From Rhizophagus irregularis (Eukaryota), in assembly GCF_026210795.1 (NCBI RefSeq), contig NC_089429.1:682001-746000 (forward strand): 64,000 nt of DNA, in the 5' to 3' direction. Below, piece after piece: positions 32,326 through 46,094 of the stretch (the first letter of the stretch is position 1; every line of letters begins with the position of its first letter). The notes under the pieces are model-generated. The model saw only the letters and a program-made list of their open reading frames with translations, did not search any database and had not been told where the DNA came from. The position numbers and the translations under genes are program-made.

Positions 32326-34347
32326 TTAATGGCGTCCAGCCATTCGACGCCCGTCATTGTTTCTGTAGTTTCCTTCATTCCTTCTTCTGTTATATCCATT
32401 GTAGTTATTTTCTCCGTACTCGTTGTATCTATCGGCATTGTAACCGTTGCTATTGTAGTCATTGTTTCCGTTATATCTCTGTTGTTGGTAGTAAGAACTT
32501 TGTCGTTTTCCTCTAGTCTCATCTCTGCCATTTTCTCTATTATGGTTGTCGTTAAATCTTCTTCTTGGGTATGTATGGTTTCCTCTTTTGGTGTAGGCGT
32601 TGTATCTATTGTCATCGTGGGCGCTAAAATGTTGTCATTGCATGTCGTATCTAAAATTTCCTTCATTGTCGTATCTGCCTTTCCTATAGCTATACGCTTC
32701 ATTTTGGTTGTCATTCCTGTTGTTTCTATTTTCGTGTGTACTATTTCTATTGTTGAAATAGCATTCATCTGTGATGTGATTGTTTTTTTTGCATATGTTG
32801 CATCTGGTTCTTTTGGCCTTTCCTCCATTGTACATTTCTTCTTGAAATCGTTTACCAAATCCATTATCGTTTCTTTTTTCGTTACGAAAATTATTTTGCC
32901 TTCCCGATCCCGTCCGAAAAAACCAAGTAAAAATCTTTCCATCGATTTTGATTTTTTTATTAATTGCTTGTTTTCTGTCATCTTCGTTGTTGAAGTATAT
33001 CTTCATATTGTATGTTCCTTTCGTCCTGTTGTTGGTTTTGAACCAATATCTTGCGCTGGTAGTCTTAAGTACCTTTGAAAATGTTGTTTCATTGATATCA
33101 TTGGGTATATCGATTATTTCCGCCATAATTCTTCCTCGTTGTTTGATCATGTGATATTTGTAATTCATTGGTTCGATTTTAATCATTTTATTCCTGACTA
33201 GGACTCCTCATGTATTAAATAGTTCGTCCTCTGTACATGTAATTTCCATTTCTAGTTTCATACTTATCCATTTTCCGTTGCCTGTTTTTTGTGTTACTTT
33301 TTTAAGTTTACCTAGTTTGTCTTCTATTGCCTGAATAACTTCGTTGATGTCTGTATTTTCTCCGTCTATTCCGGTTGCTGATATGGTAATTGTTTTGTTC
33401 AATTTGTTTAGCCATTCTAGCTCTCTGAATTTTCCTATCATTCCCAATATTCTTCCATCATTTATAAAATCATTTTTTGCTGCTTCTGTGAAAAAGCCTA
33501 AGTAAGTGTATTCGTTTCTGTGATGAGTAGTTCTCCCAAGTGTGTTCACGTGATATTCTAAAATTTTATTGGTGTTGAGGTATTCTATCATCGATTGGTC
33601 AGTTTGTCCATCCCTTATTTGGACTGTGAAAAGTCCCGCGAAATATTTCAGATCTTTTTCCGATTTTGGTTGGTGCACGGATTCGTTACTTTTGTTGGAT
33701 TTTTCTCCCATGTTGTGATCGGCGGTGATAGCCATTGTTAACGATTGGTCCCTTGATTTAGTAAAATTCCTATTTTTGCTCTCGGCCTGCATTCCCGAAG
33801 AATTATTGGTGTTCTCAATTGACTGGTGTGATGCTTTGTTGTAAATCTGGTATTTTTGGTTCATTTTCCCTTCATCCCATGATTCTTCACTGGGTGTGCT
33901 GCTTTCTATTTCCCAGGTATGTTGAAGTGTATCGTTGTCTTCGTCGCTGTCCTCGTCAAGGTTAGTCATAGTTTTCTTTCTACATTCATTCATTTTTCTT
34001 TCTTTTTCTTGTTTTTCGATCCTTGTTCTATCTTCGTTATCTACAGCTCCTAGTTCAGTTTGTATTTGGTGTGCTTTTATAGATGTGTTTTTGAAATAGT
34101 ATTCTTCTTTGATGTTCCATTGTTCTTCTTTTAGTCGAGCCCATTCGTTCATTTCTAAAGTTTTTTGTTGTATCATATCGTGTGTAGCTGTCTTGTAATC
34201 TTCTATGTATTCATTGAATTCTTTTGTTCTTTGGTTATTGAAATGTCTTAGGCATATCGTGATTATTCCTCTAATAAAGCAGCCTAATATTTCATCTTCT
34301 GAACCCAAAAATTGTGCTATCTCTTTGTCGTTATCGGTTATTTCCAT
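32326..34347 (-). pseudogene. LINE ORF1 (Gag-like, CCHC knuckle, N/R/Y-rich tail) with two in-frame TGA stops
   Basis: ORFs 33208-34347 and 32635-33186 and the downstream N/R/Y-rich stretch share one frame, separated by TGA at 33208-33210 and 32635-32637; CNICKKNNHITDEC. Confidence 0.8.
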
Positions 34348-35140
34348 TCCCGCGTTTTGTATTATTGCTCTGCGCTCTTCTTCGCTTTTTTTACGTATCC
34401 TTCCAGGGCTACAAAGTCTTCTCTTGACGGTGTTATACCCATATTTCTAATAAAATTTTATTTTGCTGCGGATTATTATGAAAATCGATTTATGCAGGAG
34501 AGAGTTTTTCCTCCATTAATCTGCGCCTCTGCACCTGACCTATTACGTTCTGTTCGATATATACGTTGTTAGTAATTACTAATGTTGTGTAACATTTGGT
34601 ATAATCTATTAATGTGTTCGCGCCTGATCTATGCTTAATAGTTAAGACCACCTGATCGGCAAATTCATTCTAATTACTAACGTACGGGAGAATTAATTTT
34701 GATTCTCGGTAATCACCCTTTCACTAATACTTATAAATGATAGGTAATTAACTTTATAAGAATAACAATAGATCAGTATAATCTATATTTATATAATAAA
34801 TAAATTTTAATATAGAAAATAAATTTTTTTATAATAATGAATCGGTAACTGACATTTTTCTAATACTGATAAGAAATAAGTAATTAACTATCTTTAGCAA
34901 TAATGATAGATCCCTATAACGGATGTTTTTTTTTTGAGATGTATTTTTCAATTATATAGATTAATATAGATTTTTTTAACAATAGAACGTTATGATGATA
35001 TTTTTGTTTTTATATCAATAAATTATTTAAAATTAATAATGTATTTGTAAACACATAAATAAATAATAAATTTTACAATACTTCAACATCTCCTTCGTGT
35101 AATAATAAGATTTGCATCAAATTTCCATATATATAACACA

Positions 35141-36920
35141 TCTACTTATCTATCTAACTAAAAAAATTTGTTTGACGTTTGGATTAGTCTCCGTGTAAAT
35201 AATTTGAATTGTGTAACTTGAAAGTTGAAATCCCATGCCACATAATTAAAACCCGTGACATGCCTACCGCCTGATCCATTTATCATCAAAAACTATTCGA
35301 TTCCAATCAACTAACCAATTTTTTTTTTTTTGATTATTAATTTTTTTTGTCCAAGTTTTTTTTAACTCCTTTTTTTAAAAAAAATTTTCAAACCGAAAAA
35401 AAATTTTTCTCCCTTTTTTTTTCCAACCCGAAAAATTTTTTTTCTCATTCTTTTCCCGTTTAGGTTTAATTTTTTTTCCCAAACTGAAAAAATTATATTT
35501 TTTTTTATTAAATAATCCCCCATTCTTTTGGTCTTTTTTTTTTATTTTTTTCGATCTTTTTTTTAGACCATATTGTTATTTTTTTTAAAAAAAATTTTTT
35601 TTTTCACTCTTTTAGATCGGATTATTGTCCTTTTTTTTCAGAATTTTTTCGTACTTATTTTTTTCGGATTCCTTTTTTTCGGAAGTTTCCCTTTTTTTTA
35701 AACTGATTTCTTTCTTTACCCTTTTTCTTCCCCCAAATTTTTTTTTAAAATTTTTTTTCTTTTTCTTTCAATTTTTTATTATTATTAAATAAAAAATAAA
35801 AAATTATATATTAAATATATTTACAAAATTATTATTTTTTTAAAAAAATCACCACAACATATCAAATATAGGAAAATTGACCAATGTTGATAGAAAGATG
35901 AATAAGATTTTTCAATTAAATTGAACGCTGGATAAATAGTTTGATTTTTCAAATTCCAATTAATTAATTATAAAATATGTAAAAATATCAATTTTTTTTT
36001 GAAGAAATTGTTGGTTTAATAATAGATTATTATAACCAAATCCATATCCGGAATTCTCTAAATAACTACCAGATTTTTGAATAAAGATTTTAATTCTGAT
36101 TTAATTAAATTAAGTACCAAAAGAATAATAATAAATGAAATGAATAGATTCTATAAATACATTTAATTATTCAAATATTCTTTTTAAGTTGGTTATAAGT
36201 TTAAGATTCATGTAATATAATATAATAAGAAATAATTATAAAGTTTATAAATAATAAAAAATTAATCAAAAAAATGAGGGTGAATGAAAAAATAAGGAGA
36301 GTAAAATGGAATGAAAGAAACAAAGGGGGGAGAAATGAAATGGAGCAAAGGGGAGTAAAAGAAACAAAAGGAACAAAAAAGATCAAGTGGGAATGAAAAA
36401 AATGAAAAGAATGGAGGGGGACGAAATGGAGCAAAGGGAATAAAAAAATAAAAGGAACAAAGGGTAGTGTAAAGAGAAGTGGGAATGGAAAAAAAAATGA
36501 AAATGACAACGGATAGTGTAAAGGAACGAAAAAGATGAAGTGGGAATGGAATAAAAATGAAAGAGACAAAGGGTATTGTAAAGGAATGAAAAAGGCGAAG
36601 GAACGAAGAGGAAATAAAAAACAATGGAAAAAATGAAGGAAGGGAAGAATAAAAAGAGCAAAAGAGATGAAAAGACAAAAAGAAAACAAAAAAATAGAGA
36701 AGGGACGAAATGAGATAAACAGGGGACCAAATAAAAACAAAACCCATAAAACTAAAAGAAGAAATAAAGTTAGTATGGAACAGAAATTACATGTAATAAA
36801 TAAACAAAAACAAAAAACTACTGTAACCATCTTTAATTTACTTAGTATTACATTATAATACTAATTTTTTTATTTAAACAACCTCATTGGTCCCGGTGCG
36901 AAGCAACGGGTGACTGCTAG
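35141..36920 (+). mobile_element. Non-autonomous Helitron
   Basis: A|TC start (TCTACTTATCTATCT); 3' hairpin CCCGGTGCGAAGCAACGGG followed by CTAG|T; low-complexity interior. Confidence 0.8.
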
Positions 36921-36954
36921 TATTATATTATTGAAATTACATAATACTATATAA

Positions 36955-37085
36955 TGGGGTGATCATCACCATTGGCCAGAATTATCGATTTTTACCGGCA
37001 CTATATTACTTTAATGCTGGTCAATCGTCATAATTTCAGTCACAGGTGATCATCACCCCTGGTGATAGTTAGAAAAATTCTTTTT
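36955..37085. repeat. Truncated copy of the small MITE at 42018-42135
   Basis: About 130 bp nearly identical to 42025-42155 (GGGTGATCATCACCATTGGCCAGAATTATC...GTTAGAAAAATTC). Confidence 0.8.
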
Positions 37086-37165
37086 TATAAAAAAAATTTA
37101 TTAAAAAGTCAGAATCAAAAAAGTCCGTGGCTTGGCTGTACCGCCGATGTGGCATTTCAGATGTA

Positions 37166-38056
37166 CAGTCGCGTCCGAAAGTGACGCCCGATTTGAAAAT
37201 GAAGACAAAAGCAAAAATATCTGTATTTTTTCACTAGTGTATACATTAGTAAAATATTCATACCTAGTTTGTTTCTCATACTAAATCAAATTTTCATAAT
37301 GCCAGGGTGGCAACCTTCTCAAAAACAGAACTATTTAAATTTTTATTTTTTCTTTAATATAGCTTTAAATTCGCCTACAGCTCTTGGGAGAGGGACACAC
37401 TTCTGGATAATATATTGGTTCATTTTTAAATGTTCTCTACTTGGTTTAAACCAAATAAATTTGTTGGAAAATTAGTAGTTGCAATTTTATTTAATTTTAG
37501 CTTATTTTTGGCCTAAAGATAAAGGATATAATCATCTGGAAACCTGTGATTATCTTGGCATCCAGTGATCAGAATTCGATGAACAAAGGCTCATTGGATT
37601 CGTCTCGTCAAGATGAGTTGAATGGTGAATGTCTCATATCTCTAGGGTTAATAGATACTAAGGTGTACCTTAAAACATTTTTTTGATGGTTTGGCCTTTA
37701 TCCTGAGATATAATGATGCTACATGTATGAACTGGCCACCATTCGACGTGTATCAATGAGACAAATCCAATGAGTCTTTGTTTGTCAGAATAGAATCACT
37801 GGATAGTGAGATATTCCCAATTTCGTGAAATTTAGAGTTTCGAAAAATTTTCAGGTAAAGAATGTTTTAAGTTATATCTTGGCATCTATTGATCCTAGAG
37901 ATATAGGCCAACCACCATTCACTTCGTCTTGACGAGATGAATCCAATGAGCCTTTGTTTGTCGAATTCTGATCACTGGATGCCGAGATGATCATAGTGAC
38001 TTAATAATTATGGCCTTCATCTGTAAGTAATCGGGCAACACTTTCGGACGCGACTG
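37166..38056. mobile_element. Non-autonomous Tc1/mariner-type element
   Basis: TIR CAGTCGCGTCCGAAAGTG..GCCC at both ends; TA TSD; long internal inverted and direct repeats. Confidence 0.88.
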
Positions 38057-38649
38057 TACTTAACCAATTAATTTAGATTTTTGAAATGGAATATGATTTT
38101 TTTTTTTGTCATGTTTAATAAAAATCAACCCTTGTATTTGATAATTATTTCGGAGATTTATCGTTAAGATACTATCGTATTACTATAAAAGGTTTTTACA
38201 CATGAACCTTTGGAACATATTAAAAAATAAATTAGTCGTTTTTTTTTTGGAAATTACCTGTTAGTTAACAATAACTTTGTTATTGAAAGAAAATTATTTA
38301 TGTGATATCATAATTCACTAATCGCATAAAATACAATGATTTCTTATAATTATATCATTCGAAGTTAATAAATTCACTTTTGGATACACAAAAAATTCGT
38401 AACTACATTTATCATTCATCGCCTTTTTTTGTATTGAAAGATTCAAATATTTTTATGGTTAGCTGTATTGTATGACAACTGTTATTTTAATGATCATAAA
38501 ACGAAAATAGTAATCTTGTAAACATAAATGGGAATAATTCACTTGTTTGTTTATTCCTTCTATATCCGACAATCGTTTTTATCTTTATCGAATTAACCTT
38601 ATTAGATGTTGGTGTAACTATTATGATTCCTGCAGTTTGATCGACAAAA

Positions 38650-39175
38650 TGTCCTAATTCCGTGAAAATCCTAAAAAGAAAATAATGAAATATTAATAAT
38701 TATATCAATGCTTAAACCTTCTCAACATGATATAAAATCACCTAATCTCATTAATTCCTAGGAAATCATGAAAAGAAATCAATGAAATATCTAATTACAT
38801 CAATAATCAAACTTTCTCAACAAGATGTAAAATCACCTAATCTCATTAATTCCATGAAATCTCAAATAGGAAATAATGAAATATTAATTACATCTATGCT
38901 TCAAACTTATCTAACAAAATATAAAATCACTTAATCTCATTAATTCCATCATTCCATGAAATCCTAAAAAGAAATTAATGAAATATCTAATTACACAATA
39001 CACAAACTTTCTCAAAAAGACGTAAAATCTCCTAATCTCATTAATTCCATGAAATATTAAAAAGAAAACAATGAAATATTAATTACATCTATGCTTAAGT
39101 TTTCTCAACACGATATGAAAACCACTTAATCTCATTTAATTCCATGAAATTCTAAAACAGAAATAATGATATGCT
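38650..39175 (+). repeat. ~95-bp tandem repeat (5-6 copies) upstream of CRN-GTPase paralog 1
   Basis: Unit CCTAATCTCATTAATTCCATGAAAT...AATGAAATATTAATTACATC...TTTCTCAAC..GAT.TAAAATCA. Confidence 0.85.
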
Positions 39176-39294
39176 GATTAAAAAAATTTCTTCATAATGA
39201 TTTCTTTATAAATATCGAGTTTGATGATTTTTTTTAAATCAAAAAAAAAAACCAATATTATTTTTTTTTTTGAAAATTAGTTATTTACGAAATC

Positions 39295-41966
39295 ATGTCT
39301 GATATTAACCTCTCTTGTCTTATCCAAGGAACTGACCTTGATAAGTATTTTAAAATTAGTATCGATAAGAACAGTGACATTTATGATCTTAAGGAAACTA
39401 TTTGGAATAAAAAAAAGAACACCTTTTCCAGCATTGATGCTAACGACCTAATTTTATGGAAAGTAAAAGTCCCCATCAGCGACAAGGAGAAATTCAAACA
39501 ACTTGAATATACCGAGTCAATTATCGAGGATGTTTTAGGCGGTACAAAGCTAAATGATGCAACTGTTGGCGTTAAAGAGATCTTTGGTAATTCTCCCGCA
39601 AAAAAACATATTCATATTATCATTGGACAACCTACCACTGAGCAGTCTACAAATACCACTCAAAAAATGAATCAAGAGATTCCGAGTTTAACTCAACAGG
39701 CGAAAGCAATGTCCTTGGAAGGTATGTAGAAGAAAAACTTTTGTGATTACAAAATTTATGATTGGGATAATTTCTTATCGTCAATATAATGACAAACTAT
39801 AAATCTTTTAAAGAAGAATCGGACGAATATAATGATAGAAGCGTACCCTCAGGTAATTAATTATGGATTATATGATATTAAAATAGATTTCAACATTTTA
39901 ATATTTAGTCCATAAGAAGTTTAATCATGCCTTTACGACTTTATTAAACCTATTTATTTCAATAACTTCTTAAAAAGTCTCTTTGCTTCTTGTTAATGTG
40001 ATACACAATTAAATATATCATTTTACTCTTTTCAAAGAAAATACGAGAACTTGGCAGTCTTCACGTAATAACTCATCACGATCCAATTTTAGACAAGGTA
40101 TATTTTTTTTCAATGCAACTTTTTTATATTAATAATTAAAAATAATTATTAATAAAAGGCAATATTTCTATAAAGGTACCAATCCATTCGGAACTTCGCC
40201 ATTTGGTCAAAATAAACGGAATAATGGAATGAATAATCAATCTAGAATTAACCTAACTGGCAAAACACCACTTACTTGCAAAATTCTTTTATTGGGTGGA
40301 ACTGGGACTGGAAAGTCAACCATCATTAATATGATGGCAAATTATTTTCTGAGTGGTACTTTAGAAAATCCAAAAGTCGTTATTCCAACCAAGTACTTTA
40401 AAGTTACTGAAAATGGTACTATTTTAAAATAATTATAAATACAAATAATAAAATTTAAGACATTAATTTGCTTTATTATAATCTTATTTCAGATTTTGTA
40501 AGAAATAATTCTGAAGCGAAAATTGCAGATGTAACCAGGAGCCAAACTACAAGCTGTTGTAACTACGAATTTAAACATCCAGGAAATTCATTCTATGATT
40601 TTATCTTCATTGATACTCCAGGAATGAGCGATACAAATGGAATAGATCAAGATGACAAGAATATTGAAGAGATTGTTAACGCGGCAATTAATGTTGGTTC
40701 ATTAACTGCTATCGTCATTATTGCTAGTGGTACCGAAGCTAGAGTAACTCCAACGATAATGAATACAATAATTCGCCTACGGAACAGTCTTCCTGATGAA
40801 ATTGTCTATAATAATCTCTTACTTATTTTAACAAAGTGTACAAAATCCAGCGCTTGTTTCTCTGAGGATGCTTTTGCAAATGAGATTGCAAAACCAAAAG
40901 TTAGTATATCATTTTTATTATAATAAATAATTAAAAAAAATTAACAGTTCTTAATCAAATCACACACTCGGTTTTTTAGCAAATTTTTTATATGGACAAC
41001 CAAGTTTTTTGCACTGATCCTCAAATTTGGCTAAACGACGAAGATGAATATTCTATCGTTCAACATCAATGGAATAAATCTTTTAAAACATTCGATAACC
41101 TCTTAAAAATGATCACTGAAATGAATGCTACCTCAACTAAAGCCTTTACAGAAATGAGAGACCTTCGTAATAAAATTAAATCGGAAATCGCTACAATTTC
41201 TCAAACTACTACAAATATTCAACAAATACAAGACAAACTTGAAGCTGCATATATAGCTTTACAGAAAACTGGCGATAAAAAGAATTCATTCTCTAACTAT
41301 ACAACAACTGAAACAATAACAATTACAGTACCCGTTGAAACAAGCATTATAAATACGGTCTGTACAACCCATCAGAGAAGTGGCATTATTTGTCATAAAG
41401 ATTGCGGTCTTGAGTTTACTGGTAACAGTGGAACAACTAATTTTAATGGCTGTTATTGTATGGGAAGCGATAATAAATGTACGGAATGTGGATGTGACAC
41501 TTACAGGTACTACTTAAATTTAACTTCATTTCCATATTTCATCAACATTGATATTAATACTACTATTTTAATCTTTCAAATAAGCCACTTCCATACTAAT
41601 GTTGAGATGAAGACCGAAACTAAGACAATTAACAAAGTAATTAACAAAGTTCTCGAAGATGTAAAAGCGCAATATGATATGGCCGATGCTGATCATAAAA
41701 GGATTAGTAATGATGCTAACCAATTTCAACAAGCATTCGCTAAACTTCAAGCTAAAGCAGATGATAATTACAATAAAATTCGCCAACTTTGTTCTGATCT
41801 TAGTAAGATTTGTTCTCGATTCAATTTTGTTGATGAACTCAATGCGAATATTAAGAATATGAAATTGGATGCAAAAACCTTAAAAAATTTAGATTTACGA
41901 GATAAGGCTGAATCTGAGATTAGGAAGCTTGAAGCTTATATAGATGGTTTATCAAGACAAGGTTAA
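39295..41966 (+). CDS. Crinkler-N (ubiquitin-like) + P-loop GTPase + Cys-rich/coiled-coil protein, paralog 1 (about 7 exons)
   Basis: LSCLIQG..F.I.ID...I.DLKE.I, LILWKV, HIHIIIGQP; G1 GGTGTGKST, G2 SQT, G3 DTPG, G4-like TKC; GT-AG introns. Confidence 0.85.
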
Positions 41967-42017
41967 CTTTATATGTGTTAGTTAAAATAATTTATTTAAC
42001 CTTTTTTTTACTTCAAA

Positions 42018-42135
42018 TCACCGGGGGGTGATCATCACCATTGGCCAGAATTATCAATTTTTACCGGTACTATATTTTTTTAATGCTGGTCGATTGTCAT
42101 AATTTCAGTCACCAGTGATCATCATCCCCGGTGAT
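42018..42135. mobile_element. Small MITE
   Basis: TIR ATCACCGGGG..TGATCA / TGATCATCATCCCCGGTGAT. Confidence 0.7.
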
Positions 42136-43180
42136 AGTTAGAAAAATTCTTTTTGTTAATCACTAAATAAATTCTTTGGTAAATAAAGCATTATATTACG
42201 AAGATTAAATAAAATTGCTCAGTTATTAAAGATATTTTTTTTGTATATAAGTATATACAGTAAATTAGTCAATAAATATCTAATTAGTTAATATAAAGTG
42301 AGCGAGATTATGGAACTTTATTAGAATTTACAAATGCAATAACGTAATGCAGTCCTTAAATATACCTCTTCCTGTTGAAGTCAATTTTCTGAATGCCTAT
42401 TTCCCGAACTGTAGTATTTCCTAAAACTTCAGTTTCTTGAACACTAATTTCCGAATCCCAATTTATGAGAATCATATGAAACATTCCGAATAGAAAAATT
42501 TATTAAAAATGAAATCGGAAAAAAGGAGCATCTCCGATCGATCTGATATGCCTAAAAGATGAAACAATACACCTATAAAAATACAAGTTAATAAATAACA
42601 AAATTACATAAAAAGAATATTAGTTAGATTATAAAGGGAAAAAAATTCGGTTTTAAAAAATTGAAAATAACATTAAAAAAAACTTTCGGTCAAAAAGAGG
42701 CCAAAAAAAAAAAGAAATTAACATTATTAAAAAAAAATGGATTTTTTTTTAAAAATCGACATTTAGATAGCTGCGTAACATCCCAACTCAAATATTCAGT
42801 ATCAATTTTTTATTGATCCCTTGTGCACCGTGAGCAGGATTTCCAGAGATTTTCATGTTTATAGCGATTGCTGTGGAAAAAGTCATATTTTGAAATGAGT
42901 AAGATTGTAACATTTTTGTTTATGTTCAAATGCATAAACACATTGAAGGCGTTAATCTATAACGTAATAAGAATATAACAAACCATTTGACGATCGTTTC
43001 TATCATCACATCTAACATTCTTCGAACTTCTAAACATCTAATTGACTTGTATGACAATTATTCCACATATAATTGAATTTTCAGTGTCAGGAAGAAAAAT
43101 ACAGAAAGAACACCTAATTATGAATAAACGTGCTGTGTGTATACATGGCGAATGCAATTTTTTACAGTAATATAATAAGT

Positions 43181-43404
43181 TTAATTCGTGATCCACGAGC
43201 CAACTGCAAAGGATCTGTAAAAAATGGGAATCTGGCGTGGCATCAAATAAAAAAAAATTATGTGAAAAATTATTGTAAAAAACAAACTATTTGAAATTTT
43301 GGGATAAACATTATGTATTAAAACATGTTAGTATCGAATGGGTTCACATATTAAAAGGCATTATTGCACCTAAATCATATATGAACTCACGGATCACGAA
43401 TTAA
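43181..43404. mobile_element. MITE flanked by TTAA
   Basis: TTAA-TTCGTGATCC...GGATCACGAA-TTAA; absent from the paralogous stretch near 61520. Confidence 0.7.
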
Positions 43405-44433
43405 CAATTTATTTCATCGCTCATTAAATAAATTAATGAATGTAGCAAACAGAAATATTTTTGAGAATTAATATAAAACAATTATAAAATTTTCGTCAAC
43501 TACAATTGTGTTCCCAATAGGTATTTAATAGTAATGTTAACTAACCATTTTTAAACATTACATACAATCCGAGAGGCTTCCATGATCTTACAGTCAACTC
43601 TTTCTATAACGGAATTTTTGATATAACGAATCACGTGATGTAAAGCCAATAGATTCGTCAAAATACTCTCGATATAGTGAACCAACCAATTAAAGTCATC
43701 AGATTCTTCGTTATAAAATTATAACGAAGTTGAGATAAAATTTGGACCGATATAGCTTCGATTGAAAAATTTCTGTAGTATCGTAGAAAATTTACACGTG
43801 ATTCTTCAGAACATTAAAAAATTAGTCTAGATTTTTTTGGAATTATCTGTTAGTTCACAATAACTTTGTTATTGCCATAGAATTATAGAAATGGTGACCG
43901 TCTATCCGGATAATTATCGGATATCCGTTATCCGTTGTCCGAGTGTCCGATCGAATTTATCCGGATATCCGTCTACTATTGATATCCAGATAATTCAGAT
44001 CGGATAAAATAATAATGTATTCTTCCCACAATCCGAAGAAAAAATTTTTTACCCCTGAGAATCACCATTTTTAGATTAAGTTTGTGACGTTCACGCAAGA
44101 GCATTATACTCGAAAAGAATTATAGCTTAGGGTTAGACTATTTATGGTTATTTTATCCTTACCCAAAAAAATTTCTTGCTTATTTTTCCTTTGTAATAAG
44201 AGATTACTTCCTAGTGATTAATTATAACAAAATACTTCGTGATAATTATGTTCATAGATATTACATAATAAAAAATATCATTTATCTTAAAGACATGCTT
44301 TTATCATAATCATGCACTGGCCCATAATGCTAACGCCAGCAGTTAGAATACCAACATTTATATTTTTACATTTATAAATCCCATTAGTAACTTATCATTT
44401 TATCTCAATACAGGTTTGTAAATGTTTTATTTA

Positions 44434-46094
44434 TTAATATTGTAAATGATAATTTATATAACTATGTGCATCAATATATAAATCATGGTATTTTTGAACT
44501 ATAATATTATGTAATTTATATTCATTTACTTCATCATTTAAAAAAAATAATTCGACAGGTTGTATACCACCATTAGAATCCGATTCTAAAATAGCCAAAT
44601 ATTTAACCCTTTCCTTTTTCATAATATATTTCTTTATAAAAAATAAAATTTTTGTATCTACACTTCTCGGGGATGATGTATGCAGGAATACATTATTAAT
44701 TAATAATTTTTTGATAAAAGTATTTTGTGAATTTTTTAAAAATATTTCTAGATCACTTGCAATAAAAGAAAGAGATAAACATAAATATCTAACCTAGAAG
44801 GAAGAACCTGTCCTAAATTTCGTAATAAAGTTGAACTTTCAGCAAAAAGAATATGATTTTCGATAAAATCCCCTTCAATAGTAAGATAATTAATATTATG
44901 TTGATTCTTTTCAATGAATAAGTAAATACTATTATTATCATAATAAGGTAAACACGAATAAAAATATCTAATATTTTTACAATATTTCATAATAAATTCA
45001 AATAATTTTTGTTTTTGTTCATTATATTCGACTCCTATATCTCCATTTTCAAATCCAAAATTTTCTAAACAATCACTAAATTTCTGTAATAATAATAGTA
45101 ATGATTCAATATGATCATTAAGTATTATTTCTTTCGTAAACAAAGATCTTAATTTAAAAGGTTTAATGACCCTAATAATTTGTTGAACGAAATCTGAATT
45201 TAAAGAATCACAATAAAGAATGTGAATAGATTCTAAAACATTCAATTGATCAAAAACCTCTTGTAAAATACTATTTATATTTTTAAAATCAATGAAATAA
45301 AATATAATTGTATTTAAAGTATTTGAACAATTAGAATTTTTTAATGTTAAAAGTGGATTATATAAATTAACGAAAGATTCAAACGAAATTTTTTTGAGGT
45401 TATTTTGTGAAATAATTAATTGTGATAAATGATTTTCAATTAATGAATAATTATTGATATCAATTCTATAAGTAGGAAATTTAATAACAATTGATGAGAT
45501 TGATTTGCAATTAGAATATAAAAATTCTAAAAATGCAATATTTTGATATAAATCATTATTATAAATATGGAATGTTAAATTTCTGATATCATATATAAGA
45601 TTTGGATTTTGTAAAATCAAGTATATATTATCATTAAAATAATTATAACCATAAGACCTAGGATGTACAACTTCAAAAGAATGTAAATTCCCTTCATTTT
45701 CAATGAACACTTCAAATAATAAACTATAAACTAAATTTCCTAACCTATTATCGGATTTATCTACTAAAGTATCAACCCAATATTCAATAGAATGACAAAT
45801 TTTACTTATATCCAAGTATTTAATAAAACTAGGATAATTGAATAATGGATTTGTAAGAAATAAATTATCATTAATTCCATATTCATTAAATCTTGCTTTA
45901 TCATCTTCATTTAAAAAGCAGAAATAAGTTTTAATACAACGATAATTTTGGGTAGGAAGTGAAAATGGATCTTCCCATAATAATGGAATGGTTAAACGAC
46001 ACCATAATCTATTAACTAAAATACATGAATATAATGTTGAAATATCTTTTCTGAGCATGCCATGGAGTTTGCTTTCATTTTCAAAATGTATCAA
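44434..46094 (-). pseudogene. F-box/LRR-like gene, 5'-truncated and frameshifted
   Basis: LYSCILVNRLWCRLTIPLLWEDPF is present but the first F-box helix is missing; 1-nt frameshift near 44785 (RLDI versus family LEYLCL); tail continues in 44434-44622. Confidence 0.75.

Larger units (their letters stand above)
26478..34514 (-). mobile_element. Full-length LINE (APE-type non-LTR retrotransposon)
   Basis: Poly(A) tail (T-run 26477-26498); 16-bp TSD ATTAATCTGCGCCTCT at 26462-26477 and 34515-34530; ORF1 plus ORF2. Confidence 0.95.

Noticed and set aside
17040..33154. Numerous antisense ORFs opposite the TE coding regions
   Set aside because: Shadow ORFs of A-rich coding strands with no motifs
43589..44010. 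Pogo-like TACAGTCAACTC start and an ATCCGGAT-rich patch
   Set aside because: Probably decayed MITEs, but paired termini and TSDs could not be established
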